From positions 3,462,689 through 3,526,688 of the forward strand of contig CM074809.1 in the NCBI GenBank assembly GCA_037447605.1: 64,000 bases of DNA, given 5' to 3'. The DNA comes from Zygnema circumcarinatum SAG 698-1b. Taxonomy: Eukaryota; Plantae; Zygnematophyceae. The notes under the pieces are model-generated. The model saw nothing but the letters and a program-made list of their open reading frames with translations, was not told the DNA's origin and did no database searches. The position numbers were made by a program, and so were the translations under genes. This document shows, in pieces, positions 11,607 to 23,792 of this stretch. Position 1 is the stretch's first letter, and each line of letters begins with the position of its first letter.

Positions 11607-14537
11607 TATCCTTAAGCGTCAATGGGAATCCCGCAGAGATGCTGCGCGAGCTTCAGACTGCCCGAGAGATGTGGCAAAAGCTCACAACCATCTACAACAC
11701 CATTGACACGAACGTAAAGTTTGAGCTGTACTTCGAGCTGGCGATCGATCAACGGAATGCCCAGAGGAAGAAAGGTGGAGCGCCGAACACGTTCCACACT
11801 TACCACAAGTGGGAACCACCAGGACACCTTGCACGCAATTGCGTGGGAGATAGTTGCAACCGCATGTGCTAACGGCAGCACATGCGTTGACGGCCAAGCA
11901 AGGCACGCTTAAGATAGCGTGCTCAGCTGCCGCAAAACTGCCCGTGCTACAAATGGCACGACAAGCAGTCAAGCCGCGAGTGTTGGGAGCAAACGTGAAG
12001 GGGGGCAACGTGCACTTATGATAGTTTGTTCAACAACCAAGGAATTGCCCCACCACAGATGGTGCGAGGAGCAATGGAGCCGCGAGTGCTCAAAGATGAC
12101 GCATTCAAATGCAGAGGCGGTGTTGCAACGCCCGCTTATGATAGCGAGCTCAAACCTTGCCTCCAAGATAGATGACGCGTCAATCCTTGCGTCGTCTCAC
12201 GCCACCAACAATTCGACGCAGCTTCGTACAATTCTGAATCGCGCGCCGACAATTTGACGCCGCATTGCGTCAAGTCCAAATCGTCCAATCCAAAGGCTGA
12301 CGCCGCGCTGCGTCACTTCCAATTCGCGAGTCGCATCACATCTTCAATTCGATCCGCGGCTGCATTCGCGCCACATCACATTTCGAATCATCGCGTCGCG
12401 CCTCGTCACTTCTGACTCCGTCGCGCCGCGCCTCTCCATCGACCAAAGTCCGTACCGCCGCCTGTCGGTCTAGGCGCACATTGCCGCAAAAGGGCCACAC
12501 ACAACACACGCACACAAAACTAATGTCCCAACAACAACTTGTCTAGTGACTAACTACTATACACTAACAGTAGACATCTTCACAGCAGCTGTTCGCAAAA
12601 GGAAAGCTCAAGACAAATGTAAGACAAGAGAGGTCAAGCTAGAGAAAGCCCCACCGGGCTTAAAACTCTGAATTCCTTGGAGTTGGAGTACAACAGATCC
12701 AAGCAGCCCCTGACTACTTAATGCAGCTTGCACTACCCCGCTTTTTATTCCCAAGACTAGCAGCACAGTTTCCCCTTAACTACAAGCTCGGCCTCAACTC
12801 GCTACACACCCCCATTGGCGTGTAGTATGAGGTTAGTGAACGTTCCACCTCGGTACACACTACCCTTAGTGTGAGATTGGAAGTTACTTGGTTCACCGCA
12901 GCTGAGCAGCTATGTAGGTGCGGCAGCAATTGACTCGAGTCACCTCTACCGGCATGCAAGGGCCATGCTTCCGGCGGTAAGGGACATGTGACGCTTCGCC
13001 GTCGATAGTCNNNNNNNNNNTGCTGGTCCAAAGGCCGGCGCCTATACCATCTGGCTGGCGCCCGAAGTGAGAGAACTAGGCGAAGTACGCCGTAAGTAGT
13101 CTCCTCCCATGGGTGACTGCAGCGTTCCGCTACATATCCTTAAGCGTCAATGGGAATCCCGCAGAGATGCTGCGCGAGCTTCAGACTGCCCGAGAGATGT
13201 GGCAAAAGCTCACAACCATCTACAACACCATTGACACGAACGTAAAGTTTGAGCTGTACTTCGAGCTGGCGATCGATCAACGGAATGCCCAGAGGAAGAA
13301 AGGTGGAGCGCCGAACACGTTCCACACTTACCACAAGTGGGAACCACCAGGACACCTTGCACGCAATTGCGTGGGAGATAGTTGCAACCGCATGTGCTAA
13401 CGGCAGCACATGCGTTGACGGCCAAGCAAGGCACGCTTAAGATAGCGTGCTCAGCTGCCGCAAAACTGCCCGTGCTACAAATGGCACGACAAGCAGTCAA
13501 GCCGCGAGTGTTGGGAGCAAACGTGAAGGGGGGCAACGCACTTATGATAGTTTGTTCAACAACCAAGGAATTGCCCCACCACAGATGGTGCGAGGAGCAA
13601 TGGAGCCGCGAGTGCTCAAAGATGACGCATTCAAATGCAGAGGCGGTGTTGCAACGCCCGCTTATGATAGCGAGCTCAAACCTTGCCTCCAAGATAGATG
13701 ACGCGTCAATCCTTGCGTCGTCTCACGCCACCAACAATTCGACGCAGCTTCGTACAATTCTGAATCGCGCGCCGACAATTTGACGCCGCATTGCGTCAAG
13801 TCCAAATCGTCCAATCCAAAGGCTGACGCCGCGCTGCGTCACTTCCAATTCGCGAGTCGCATCACATCTTCAATTCGATCCGCGGCTGCATTCGCGCCAC
13901 ATCACATTTCGAATCATCGCGTCGCGCCTCGTCACTTCTGACTCCGTCGCGCCGCGCCTCTCCATCGACCAAAGTCCGTACCGCCGCCTGTCGGTCTAGG
14001 CGCACATTGCCGCAAAAGGGCCACACACAACACACGCACACAAAACTAATGTCCCAACAACAACTTGTCTAGTGACTAACTACTATACACTAACAGTAGA
14101 CATCTTCACAGCAGCTGTTCGCAAAAGGAAAGCTCAAGACAAATGTAAGACAAGAGAGGTCAAGCTAGAGAAAGCCCCACCGGGCTTAAAACTCTGAATT
14201 CCTTGGAGTTGGAGTACAACAGATCCAAGCAGCCCCTGACTACTTAATGCAGCTTGCACTACCCCGCTTTTTATTCCCAAGACTAGCAGCACAGTTTCCC
14301 CTTAACTACAAGCTCGGCCTCAACTCGCTACACACCCCCATTGGCGTGTAGTATGAGGTTAGTGAACGTTCCACCTCGGTACACACTACCCTTAGTGTGA
14401 GATTGGAAGTTACTTGGTTCACCGCAGCTGAGCAGCTATGTAGGTGCGGCAGCAATTGACTCGAGTCACCTCTACCGGCATGCAAGGGCCATGCTTCCGG
14501 CGGTAAGGGACATGTGACGCTTCGCCGTCGATAGTCC
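11494..14537. repeat. About 1.52-kb direct duplication either side of N gap (likely contig overlap)
   Basis: 11494-13010 vs 13021-14537 essentially identical; one 2-bp indel seen. Confidence 0.85.
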
Positions 14538-14928
14538 CCTCCTACGGCCCTTGGAGCTTTACCGGCTGAAGTCCCCTTCTTCAGCGTCGCTATTTTGCCA
14601 AAGGGAAGGTGGGTTCGTGCGACCGAACAGTTCCCAACTTAGCGGCTCACGCGCCCTCTCTTGTCCGCGTCATAACATCTTCAAGACTTGGCGTCTCGCG
14701 CGCCCGCGCGCGCTCCCGCCTTTGTGCGACCAAAATGTTGCATTCGCGTGACGTATCGTCGTGTCACCATGCGCGCGCCGATACTCCGTTTTGTCACGTC
14801 ACGGTTCAAGAACTTATCGCGTCACATTTGTTTGCACAACCAACCTTGTCGCTTCATGTTCGCGTCTAGTTCATTATCCGCTAGAGACTTTGCGCCAAAC
14901 GTTGTACGGCCTCTAGTCAAGTACAACA
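14095..14928 (-). mobile_element. Family C 3' LTR (interrupted at 14094), PPT 14929-14940
   Basis: Homology to 18663-18956; TTCCCCCTCTTG adjacent. Confidence 0.75.
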
Positions 14929-15415
14929 TTCCCCCTCTTGGGGCCTAGGCACTAAATGGACCGAGATCCAAGAGGATATCATTCCTGCACATGATTGGCC
15001 CTTTGACTCCCTTGTATGCCGCTAGATTGTCTATTTGCACAAATGATTTTGCAGCTCTACCCGCCCCCACTAGCTCCTGCGCATAGTGGTGTTGGGTTGA
15101 GATACGCTCACCCCTTTTATGAAGATCATGATTCTGGAGCAAGCTCGATTGATGAGTTGATGCCGCGTGCGTGAGGACACGCATCTCTTGATGAAGATCT
15201 GGCCGTATCTGGATCACTCCTCATATCCGGGTCACTCCTCCAATCTGCGGCCGTGTGTCCGTACACGGGACCGCCGCTCCCCCTCTCGAATCGGACTCCA
15301 TTTGTGAGATCGTGTCCGTTCAAGATATCGAGATATGATCGATTCTCCTTAGTGCCTCCAGGTTTGCTGAATGCCTCCCGTCGCGAGACAGCGGGTCCGC
15401 GTGCTGCGTCCCCTT

Positions 15416-17609
15416 TGTTAGTGTTAGTGTATCATAGTTAGACATTGTATTGAACACGCACTAACTTGTTGTGGTACTCAGTAAGGATTTGCGAGTAGTT
15501 GTGCTTCTAGACTAAATTAGGATGACGTCAGCGCCTTAAACTCTTCGAGTGCGCCGCGAGTGCGCGGAGGACTAATGAGCGGCGTTGATTGGTCGAGACG
15601 CGGGCGAGGATCGTGGAGCACAAGTTTACGGCGCGAATGCGACAGATAAAATGTCAAGCAGCAAAGTCGGTGACAAATCGCGATGCAACACGCAGTAATT
15701 CACTTAGTTTCAGTGGGTCCGCGGATCTACCGTACGCCACGAAGTTGGCGCTACGGAGATCGCCGCATCAAGGCTGGCAAACGACGTAACTGCATACAAA
15801 GGAGCAGATTGTAGGTTGGCGCCGCCGTAGGTTTACGAGGATGATGACGTAGCGCACTGAGTCTCAAAAGGGCAGCCTCTTCCTGTATCAAAAGAAGTAC
15901 GCTGCATACGTACTTGCAAGATTCCATATGGAAGATTGCAGATCGAGTGCCAGCCCCATGGAGATAAGGGCGCGACTGTCAAAGGAGATGGCGCCCGCAA
16001 CGGATGCGAAGGTACAACGGATGTACGGAGTGCCGTACGGATCTGCTATCGGAAGTCTCATGTACCTAATGATTGGTACGCGACCGGACTTGGCCAAAGC
16101 CGTGAGCTCAGCAAGTCGGTTCATGGAGAATCCGGGTCCAGAACATTGGGAAGCCGTGAAGAGAATCTTCAGGTATGTACGGGGAACCTTGGATTACGGC
16201 CTCAGGTATGAGAGGGGGCCAATTAGAGTGATCGGATACACCGACTCAGATTGGGGAGGTGACGTGGACACATCACGATCAACATCAGGATTCGTGTTCT
16301 TGAATGGAGGAGGAGCGATCTCGTGGAGCTCCAAGCTCCAGGATTCGGTAGCCTTGTCAAGCACCGAGGGCAAGTACATGGGGGCTTGCCGTGCAACAAA
16401 GGAGGGAGTGTGGTTCCAGTACTTCTTTAATGAATGTAAGAGACCACAAACTCCGGTGACTTTGTTTACGGATAACCAGTCCTCCATAGCCTTGATGGGA
16501 AACCCTGTATTCCACAAGAGGACCAAGCACATTAGGGTGCAATACCATTACGTGAGGGAATTGGTAGAGGAGGGGATGATAGTGGTGAAGTTCGTAGGTA
16601 CAAAAGAGCAAGCTGCGGATATGTTGACCAAGGGGGTTAGTGAGGGAGACATTGCTAGTAAACAATAGACTCATAAGGCTAGGGCCCATGAGGAACTGAG
16701 TCCCAATAGGGGGATTGTTAGTGTTAGTGTATCATAGTTAGACATTGTATTGAACACGCACTAACTTGTTGTGGTACTCAATTAGGTTCTGCTTGTAGTT
16801 GTGCTTCTAGGCTAATTTAGGATGACGTTAGCGCCTTCAACTCTTCGAGTGCGCCGCGAGTGCGCGGAGTACTGACAAGCGGCGCTAATTGGTCGAGGCG
16901 CGGGCGAGGATCGTGGAGCGCAAGTTTGAGGCGCAAATGCAACGGAAAAAATGTCAAGCGGCAAAGTCGGCGGCGACACGCGGACCACACGCTGAGTGGG
17001 TTCGCGGATTCAAATGTATGGACAGAAGTCAGCGCACAGAGATCGCTGACTAAGGCTAGCAAAACGACGGAAGTGTACGGAGGAGTAGATTGTAGGTCGG
17101 TGCCGCCGTAGGTTTACGAGGATGATGGCGTAGCGCACTGAGTCTCAGTGCGTCGCTCGGCCGGTTTGCAAGGACTGGCAATGGCGGCCGTGACGTGACA
17201 TGTGTGTCACGTCACAACGCCATGTTACGTATATAGTGATTGGTTTTACTATGTAGAAGTTAACCGCACTAGTTTCTTATTGTGTGCCTGCTCGTGTTGC
17301 TGGGCTGCCTTACTTGTGTCATGAGGTAGTGAGTAAGAGAACTAGCATATTGGTGGGAGAACTTCATGTGGGTGGACATTTCATATAAAGGAGTTTTAGA
17401 GCTCTGAGCTTTCTCCTACACTTCTCTCAGTTGTTATCCGCTGTGGTTATCTCTGATATTCTTTTTGTGAGTTATGGGCGATGATTGAATTGAGATAGAG
17501 CCTTGAGAGTGATAAAGTGGAAATGTCATCATCGGTGGGAACACAAGTTCTCGTGGAGGGCGACACACGAGGTGTTGCCGGAGGCAGCAAAAAGTCCCTT
17601 GCTTAAACA
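15416..17609 (+). mobile_element. Internally deleted Copia (family B): partial 5' LTR, RT/RH tail, PPT, 3' LTR 16716-17609
   Basis: Matching LTR starts at 15416 and 16716; flanks CCCTT/CCCAT (4/5 TSD). Confidence 0.8.
15928..16668 (+). CDS. Copia RT C-terminus/RNase H fragment
   Basis: YGSAIGSLMYLMIGTRPDL, YTDSDWGG, ADMLTKG. Confidence 0.9.
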   Translation: MEDCRSSASPMEIRARLSKEMAPATDAKVQRMYGVPYGSAIGSLMYLMIGTRPDLAKAVSSASRFMENPGPEHWEAVKRIFRYVRGTLDYGLRYERGPIRVIGYTDSDWGGDVDTSRSTSGFVFLNGGGAISWSSKLQDSVALSSTEGKYMGACRATKEGVWFQYFFNECKRPQTPVTLFTDNQSSIALMGNPVFHKRTKHIRVQYHYVRELVEEGMIVVKFVGTKEQAADMLTKGVSEGDIASKQ

Positions 17610-18956
17610 CCCATCCCCTTCAGGCTGTTTACCTATGAGATGATGCCACCTCTCCACTTCGTTGCGTTCGCTTCCTCCTGTGCGTTGGAGTCCGTTGGCG
17701 GCTTCTCAAAGTGTGCCATGTGGCCGTTAGCCATCTTCGCAAAGTCGGCTAAGTCGAGGGGTAATCGGTCTGAATTCCCCTCTGTGCTCCTATGCGTTGG
17801 CCTCGTTGTTGGTTGCAGTTCCAACTCCCCATACCTGTCTAGTATCCCCCTTGTCCCTAGGGGTTGGCGTGGAGCCATAGCTGGGTCTGAAACCCCTTTG
17901 CGTGTGCCGTGAAGGGATGGTTCTTGACCATGCGTAGGTAGCCACCTGGTTGGTACATGGCTGCCGGTGCCTCTTCCGCGTTCTCCTGTGTCGTGACTTG
18001 ATCGTGATGGTCAGAGTCTTTGTCGGGTAGGTCGTCGTTGCGCTGTTCCTCCTAGAATGGCAATTTGGGCTGTTCCCCCTTTGGGAAAGCCAATGTGGGT
18101 TGTTCCTCTTGGAAAGCCGGTCCTCCTCATTGCAGCGCCTCGGTGCACTACACTGGCTTCAGCCGTTGCTGGATTGGTGGGTCCAACGGAGTGGACGCTG
18201 GTGGGGCGGATCCTCACCTCTCGTGATGCCCCTCTCAAAGGGAGAAACTTTGTGACCGAGAACGGCTCCTCTTGAGGCCGTGCGTGCTGCTTCTCCATGG
18301 TGCTCTCCTCTTTGGGTACCTCCTTGAAATCTTTTGAAGCGCTGGAGGGACATCTTCCCCCGGGTGTAGGCCGCCGTAAGGTTTGCTTCTCCCCAAGGGG
18401 GAAGGGTGACTTACTAAGCCTCGACCTTGTCATGTCGCCTAGGGAACGGTTCACTCTCTCTCTTGGCTGCGCCGTGCTCTATAAGCTATACGAGGCCGTG
18501 AACGCGTGTGGAATCCCAAGGAACTGTGACTATTCTAAGGGCTGGAGGGATCACCAGAAATTGAAGATTCCATTGATTGGCGGATTACCGCCAATCCTTG
18601 TAGTCAGTACCTTTGAATATGGGAATCGTGTGCCAAATGTCACCATCAACTCTGATACCACTTGTTGGTAATTCCACCGTGGAACCACCTTCGCCAGAGA
18701 GTCCTCCACTGAGTTTTGAGGTCGCAGACATCTTCGTAGCAGCAGTTCGCAAAGGGATTGCTCAAGAGAGGTGTAAGACTCAAACACTAAGGTAGAGAAA
18801 GCCCCACCGGGCGTAAAACTCTGTATTTCTTTGGAGTTGAAGTACAACAGATTCTAGCAAAAGCGTTCTACTCAATGCAGCTTGCACTACCCCACTTTTC
18901 TATTCCCAAACTTGCAGCACACCTTTTCCCCTGACTAAAGGCCCCACCTCGGCTCG
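17610..18956 (-). mobile_element. Family C remnant: 5' LTR from 18663 (continues at 37098), PBS 18650-18660, deleted gag and decayed internal DNA
   Basis: CTCTGATACCA; TSGIRVDGD..IPIFKGTDY; LTR resumes after insertion A. Confidence 0.7.
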
Positions 18957-19294
18957 TGTTGAGGATGATGTGTCATACACCGAACCTCCTCTCGTCGTGT
19001 CTTCACTCGCATCTGTCGCGGCCATGCTGACTNNNNNNNNNNNNNNNNNNNNNNNNNNNNNNNNNNNNNNNNNNNNNNNNNNNNNNNNNNNNNNNNNNNN
19101 NNNNNNNNNNNNNNNNNNNNNNNNNNNNNNNNNNNNNNNNNNNNNTCACGGTACCAAGAACTTAACTCCGCGTCCGCGCCCGCGCGACCATCCTTGTCGC
19201 TTGGCGTTCGCGCCTAAGTCCTTCATGCCCTAGAGAGACTATGTCCTATAAGTTGTACGGTCTCTAGCGCCGCACAACAATCCCCCTCTTGGGA

Positions 19295-20530
19295 CTAGGC
19301 TCTGAAGGGGCCTAAACCTAGGAGATGATTGTTTCTCCACATTGTCGGTCCGTTGACGCCCTTCGTTAGCATATCAGCACCCATGTCAGCCGTCCGTACG
19401 AATAACACGGTGATTTCGCCAGCATCCACCAATTCTCGAGTGAAGTGGTACTGAATCTTGATATGCTTGCTCCTCCGATGAAACACGGGGTTTCCAATCA
19501 GCGCGATGGAAGATTTGTTGTCCGATAGAATCTGCACGGGAGTTTGTGGCCGCCCACACTCCTCAAAGAACATCGCGATCCACACCGCTTCCTTGGCAGC
19601 GTGACACGTAGCCATGTACTCAGATTCGGTAGAAGATAATGCTACTGATTCTTGCAGTTTCGAACTCCACGAGATGACGCCACCCGCATTTAAGAATGCG
19701 TATCCAGAAGTGGATTTGGCCGTATCCGGGTCACCTCCCCAGTCAGCGTCAGTGTATCCGTACACTTCGCTGGCGCTCCCCCTCTCGAATCGGATTCCAT
19801 AGTGAAGCGTCCCTTTGAGATATCGAAAGATTCTCTTGACCGCTTCCCAATGCTGTAGTACGGAATTCTCCATGTACCGGCTGGCCGTACTCACTGCTTT
19901 AGCAAGATCCGGTCGAGTCCCAATCATAAGGTACATCAGGCTGCCAATCGCAGACCTGTACGGAATCCCCGCCATCTCCTTCTTCTCCGCTCCCGTCCGA
20001 GGACCCATGTCCTGACTCAGCGGCGTACTCCCGTCCATGGGAGAGGAGCTGGGCTTACATTTGTCCATTCTGAAGCGTGCTAGGACCTCCCTAGCGTACT
20101 TCTCCTGGCTTAGGAACATGCTGCCGTCCTTCCCCCTCTTAAGCTGAATTCCTAAGAGGTATTCTGCAGGTCCAAGATCGCTCATCTGAAAATTCTGCCT
20201 CAACAGGTCCTTGAGACCCTGAATGCTCACCATGGAGGCGCTCACAATGATCAGGTCATCGGCGTAGATCCCGACGAACATTTGAGCCGCTCCTTCGCCC
20301 TTCTTGTAGACCGAATGGTCTGCCTCAAAGCGTGTGAAGTCATTCTTTAGAAGCAAGTCGTGTATCCTTTGATACCAGATCCTTGGAGCTTGCTTGAGTC
20401 CGTAGAGACTCTTCACAAGTCTGCAGCTAAGGTGCTCGGTTCCTGGTTCAACCGTCCCCTCCGGCTGTTGCATGTAGATCTCCTCCTCCAAATTCCCATA
20501 GAGGAAGAAATGGTCTTGATGTCGATTGAT
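19295..20530 (-). CDS. Element A RT/RNase H (RT N-terminus deleted)
   Basis: SLYGLKQAPR, IYADDLII, YTDADWGG, ADMLTKG. Confidence 0.9.
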   Translation of the reverse strand: MNRHQDHFFLYGNLEEEIYMQQPEGTVEPGTEHLSCRLVKSLYGLKQAPRIWYQRIHDLLLKNDFTRFEADHSVYKKGEGAAQMFVGIYADDLIIVSASMVSIQGLKDLLRQNFQMSDLGPAEYLLGIQLKRGKDGSMFLSQEKYAREVLARFRMDKCKPSSSPMDGSTPLSQDMGPRTGAEKKEMAGIPYRSAIGSLMYLMIGTRPDLAKAVSTASRYMENSVLQHWEAVKRIFRYLKGTLHYGIRFERGSASEVYGYTDADWGGDPDTAKSTSGYAFLNAGGVISWSSKLQESVALSSTESEYMATCHAAKEAVWIAMFFEECGRPQTPVQILSDNKSSIALIGNPVFHRRSKHIKIQYHFTRELVDAGEITVLFVRTADMGADMLTKGVNGPTMWRNNHLLGLGPFRA

Positions 20531-21357
20531 GGGCCTTGGCATTCCTTCGTCATTATAAATCGGTGACGTAGAGTTGAACGGCGGCGAGGTCGCGAGAATG
20601 TTCAGTAGTCTATCCGGTGCCGAAAACCTTTCGCCATAACCTCGCACTATATCTACATCCGCACTTCCGTCGATTTCCTCTTGACTTTGAAGACCGGCCT
20701 GCTTTATGGCCTTCGCGGCACGGAAGTGAAACTGGCTCTAATAATACGTTAGTTCTCCATGAAATTTTGTCGAGTTCACTCTTGATGGCCACGCTTCCGG
20801 CAGGCTGGCGTCTGGCACTCCAGCGAGTACGTTTTAGGCTCTCGCCGTGTGCCATCCAGAGTAGATGCCGTTCGCCAAAATTGGCGAGAGTGGAAGCTCT
20901 CTCTTCCAGGTTCCTCACTCCTTATCGTCGGCATCTTCAGAGGTCCTCCTCTCCCATACCAATCTGGTTGTCGCCTATTTCTAAGCGGTGGTTTCGTGCC
21001 GTAGTTTGGCGTGAACCCCTTAGCATTGGCATACAGGGGTGGATCCATACCATGACGCGGTATCCAAGGACGCGGTGCCGGTGCCTCAATCGCTTCTTCC
21101 TCCGTGGATTCTTGCTCAAAGTTGTCTTCTTAGGGCTCTTACTCCTCAGTGAAACCCTCTTGAGAGGTGTAGAGGAGGGCAATTCGGCACTGAGGCTGAG
21201 AATTCTTCGCTAGCGACTCCATTTGTAGAAGCACGGACAAGGGGCCTCGGTGGGGGTGGTAGCACATCTCCGCCTACTGCTTGAGCGTCCGCTGCTTGGT
21301 AAGAACTCAATGGCCGGAAGGCGCTCGCCAAATTAAATACGCTCCACCTTGGGTTTC

Positions 21358-22944
21358 TCATCGGCTGGCAAAGACCGCGCTCATGACCTTGGTGGAGGGA
21401 TTCCATACTTCGATCGTCAAGCTATCGATATTGTAGCCGAGGAAGTATCCAAACTCTCCTCGTGGACTAAACTTCGTCTCCAGCTTGGTCTTTGGAATCG
21501 CTATCCAGCACTTTGAGCCCCAGACTCTAAGATGCTGAACCGTAGGCTTGTTGCCACTCCACATCTCCTCAGGTACTCTACACTCATCTTTCAGGGCACT
21601 GGAGGGGCATCTATTTTGGATGTAAGCTGCAGTGAGGATTGCCTCTCCCCAAAAGTCTAAAGAGAAGGGAGACTCACTCAGCATGGCCCGTGCCATATCG
21701 CCTAGGGTGCGGTTCACTCTCTCAGCAGCTCCGTTGCTCTGAGGGCTGTAGGGCGCGGTGAACTCGTGTCTGTTCCCTAGTGACTGAAGGTACTCAGAGA
21801 ATTGGAGGGACCTGTATTCTCCTCCATTGTCCGTTCGGATCCTCTGAATCTTCTCTCCGGTTTGCCTTTCTACCTCTTTCTGCCAGGTCCGAAAGGTCTC
21901 AAACGCCTCACTCTTGTACTTCAGTAGCACAACCCATATCTTCCTTGAGTGATCATCAAGGAAGGTGATGAAGTACCTTGCACCGCCCTTTGACGTGGGA
22001 GTGATCGGTCCGCACAGGTCGCTGTGCACCAACTCCAGCCGCTTGGACGCGCGATGCTTGTCCGCTCCAAAGCTCTTGAAAGGGTGACGGTGTATCTTGC
22101 CCGCCGCGCAGTCGGGGCAAACAGCTTCTGGTGTCGAGAACTTCGCAACGGGAAGTCCTCGAACCAGGTTCTGGGTCGCAAGGGCCTCCAGACCGCTATA
22201 CGACAAATGACCAAGTCGGCGGTGCCACAGATGCGCCGCGTCTGAAGACTCCTGTACGGATTCCTTTTCTTCAATGAAGCCGGTCTCCGTACTCTTCTGA
22301 TGATTTCGACTTGTCATGTCACGGCGAGTCGATTTGGAACTTTGTGCCTCGACATGGGTTCCGTACGATTCCGTACCGTCGCGAACTCCACTTTTCGGGT
22401 TCGCCACCCTACGGTCCTTGAGCGCGCTGTCGTTAGCGCGCGCGGCCCCGCCTTCGCGCTCCCTCCCCGAGGTGGGCGCGGCTCCTCTGTTGCTGCTCCT
22501 CCTGTCGTGAGCAGGCTCGTGGACGCGTATCTCGCTTTCTGGGCGTCCCCTAGCGTGATTCGTCTCCCCACCTTCACGCGCTCCCTTGCGCGTGGATCCT
22601 CTGCTCGTCGCGCAAGCCGTGGCGTGGGCAGGCTCTCGATCGTTGAGCGGGCCGTGAGAGGCTCGCGTTGATCCCTCGCGTGTACTCCCAGTACGCACGG
22701 CTGAGACGGTCTCCTTGCTTGAAGGAAGCCAGTCTAGATAGTAAAGTCCGTCCCTCTGAGTCCCTCTACATAGAACCTTTTTCGTTTTTCTGTGCACTAT
22801 CTTGTAGGACTCCTGCCTGAAGACACCCTCGTATCCGCCCTTGCAGATCTGACTAACCGAAAAGAAGTTATTCTTAAGGGTTGGGGTATGTAGTACACTA
22901 CCGATTCTGAATTGGGAAGCTGTCCCTACCCCTATGGGTGACAA
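21358..22944 (-). CDS. Element A protease C-terminus, long linker, GAG-pre-integrase and integrase
   Basis: LWHRRLGH, VHSDLCGP, RTDNGGEY, APYSPQSNGAAER. Confidence 0.9.
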   Translation of the reverse strand: MSPIGVGTASQFRIGSVLHTPTLKNNFFSVSQICKGGYEGVFRQESYKIVHRKTKKVLCRGTQRDGLYYLDWLPSSKETVSAVRTGSTREGSTRASHGPLNDREPAHATACATSRGSTRKGAREGGETNHARGRPESEIRVHEPAHDRRSSNRGAAPTSGREREGGAARANDSALKDRRVANPKSGVRDGTESYGTHVEAQSSKSTRRDMTSRNHQKSTETGFIEEKESVQESSDAAHLWHRRLGHLSYSGLEALATQNLVRGLPVAKFSTPEAVCPDCAAGKIHRHPFKSFGADKHRASKRLELVHSDLCGPITPTSKGGARYFITFLDDHSRKIWVVLLKYKSEAFETFRTWQKEVERQTGEKIQRIRTDNGGEYRSLQFSEYLQSLGNRHEFTAPYSPQSNGAAERVNRTLGDMARAMLSESPFSLDFWGEAILTAAYIQNRCPSSALKDECRVPEEMWSGNKPTVQHLRVWGSKCWIAIPKTKLETKFSPRGEFGYFLGYNIDSLTIEVWNPSTKVMSAVFASR

Positions 22945-23132
22945 CTGGACGACTCCACCGTGGGTGACNNNNNNNNNNNNNNNNNNNNNNNNNNNNNNNN
23001 NNNNNNNNNNNNNNNNNNNNNNNNNNNNNNNNNNNNNNNNNNNNNNNNNNNNNNNNNNNNNNNNNNNNNNNNNNNNNNNNNNNNNNNNNNNNNNNNNNNN
23101 NNNNNNNNNNNNNNNNNNNNNNNNNNNNNNNN

Positions 23133-23776
23133 TGAACCTATCTTCTCTTACTCACTACCTCACAACACGAGCAAGGTAGCCTAGCAACACGAGCAAGGCA
23201 GCCTAGCAACACGAGCTGGCACAGAATAAGAGACAGAGTAGATTACCTACCAAAAGCTAAACACACGCTATATACTATATGGCGCTGTGACGTGACACAC
23301 ATGTCACGTCACGACCGCCATAGCCGATACTTGCATTCGGCAGAGCGGCGCAACCAAAATAGCGACCTACGCTAGTGGTCCCGTAAACCTACGATGGCGC
23401 CGACCTATTTCTGGCCCATCCGTACAGTTCCGTCACACGGCCCGGTTCCCTTAACATTCTCCGGCCGCCGACCCCGCTTGCCGTACGCTCGAACCAGCAG
23501 GCCCACTACGTGAGTGGCCCACGTGGCGCGGCGCGATTCGTCGCCGACATTCCATCGTCGTTTCGCGCTGCCGCTTCACGCTCCGCGTCTCGCGTTCGCG
23601 CCGCGACCAATCCGCGCCGTCCATCCATACTCCGCGCGCGCGCTAGGCGCACACCTCTTGCAATTTAAATGTTGACGTCATCTAAACTCGTACTTAGCAA
23701 GTTTCGCACGTTCAACAACTGAGTACCAGAAGTTAGTGTTGTTCCATGTCCTAACTATCATACACTAACACTAACA
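23133..23776 (-). mobile_element. Family B 3' LTR (partial), PPT 23777-23788
   Basis: TGTTAGTGTTAGTGTA start on - strand. Confidence 0.8.
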
Positions 23777-23792
23777 ATCCCCCTCTTGGGAC

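Larger units (their letters stand above)
10293..11860 (+). pseudogene. A-type LTR (ends 10736), PBS 10739-10749 and decayed gag
   Basis: MAETNASE leader; TGGTATCATAG; gag homologous to 1400-1700; split by solo LTR. Confidence 0.75.

Noticed and set aside
11494-14537. 1.5-kb tandem duplication
   Set aside because: Copies meet exactly at a 10-N gap and are nearly identical; most likely unmerged contig overlap
23163-23217. 22-bp tandem repeat, about 2.5 copies
   Set aside because: Local slippage inside an LTR; no unique spacers, so not CRISPR-like
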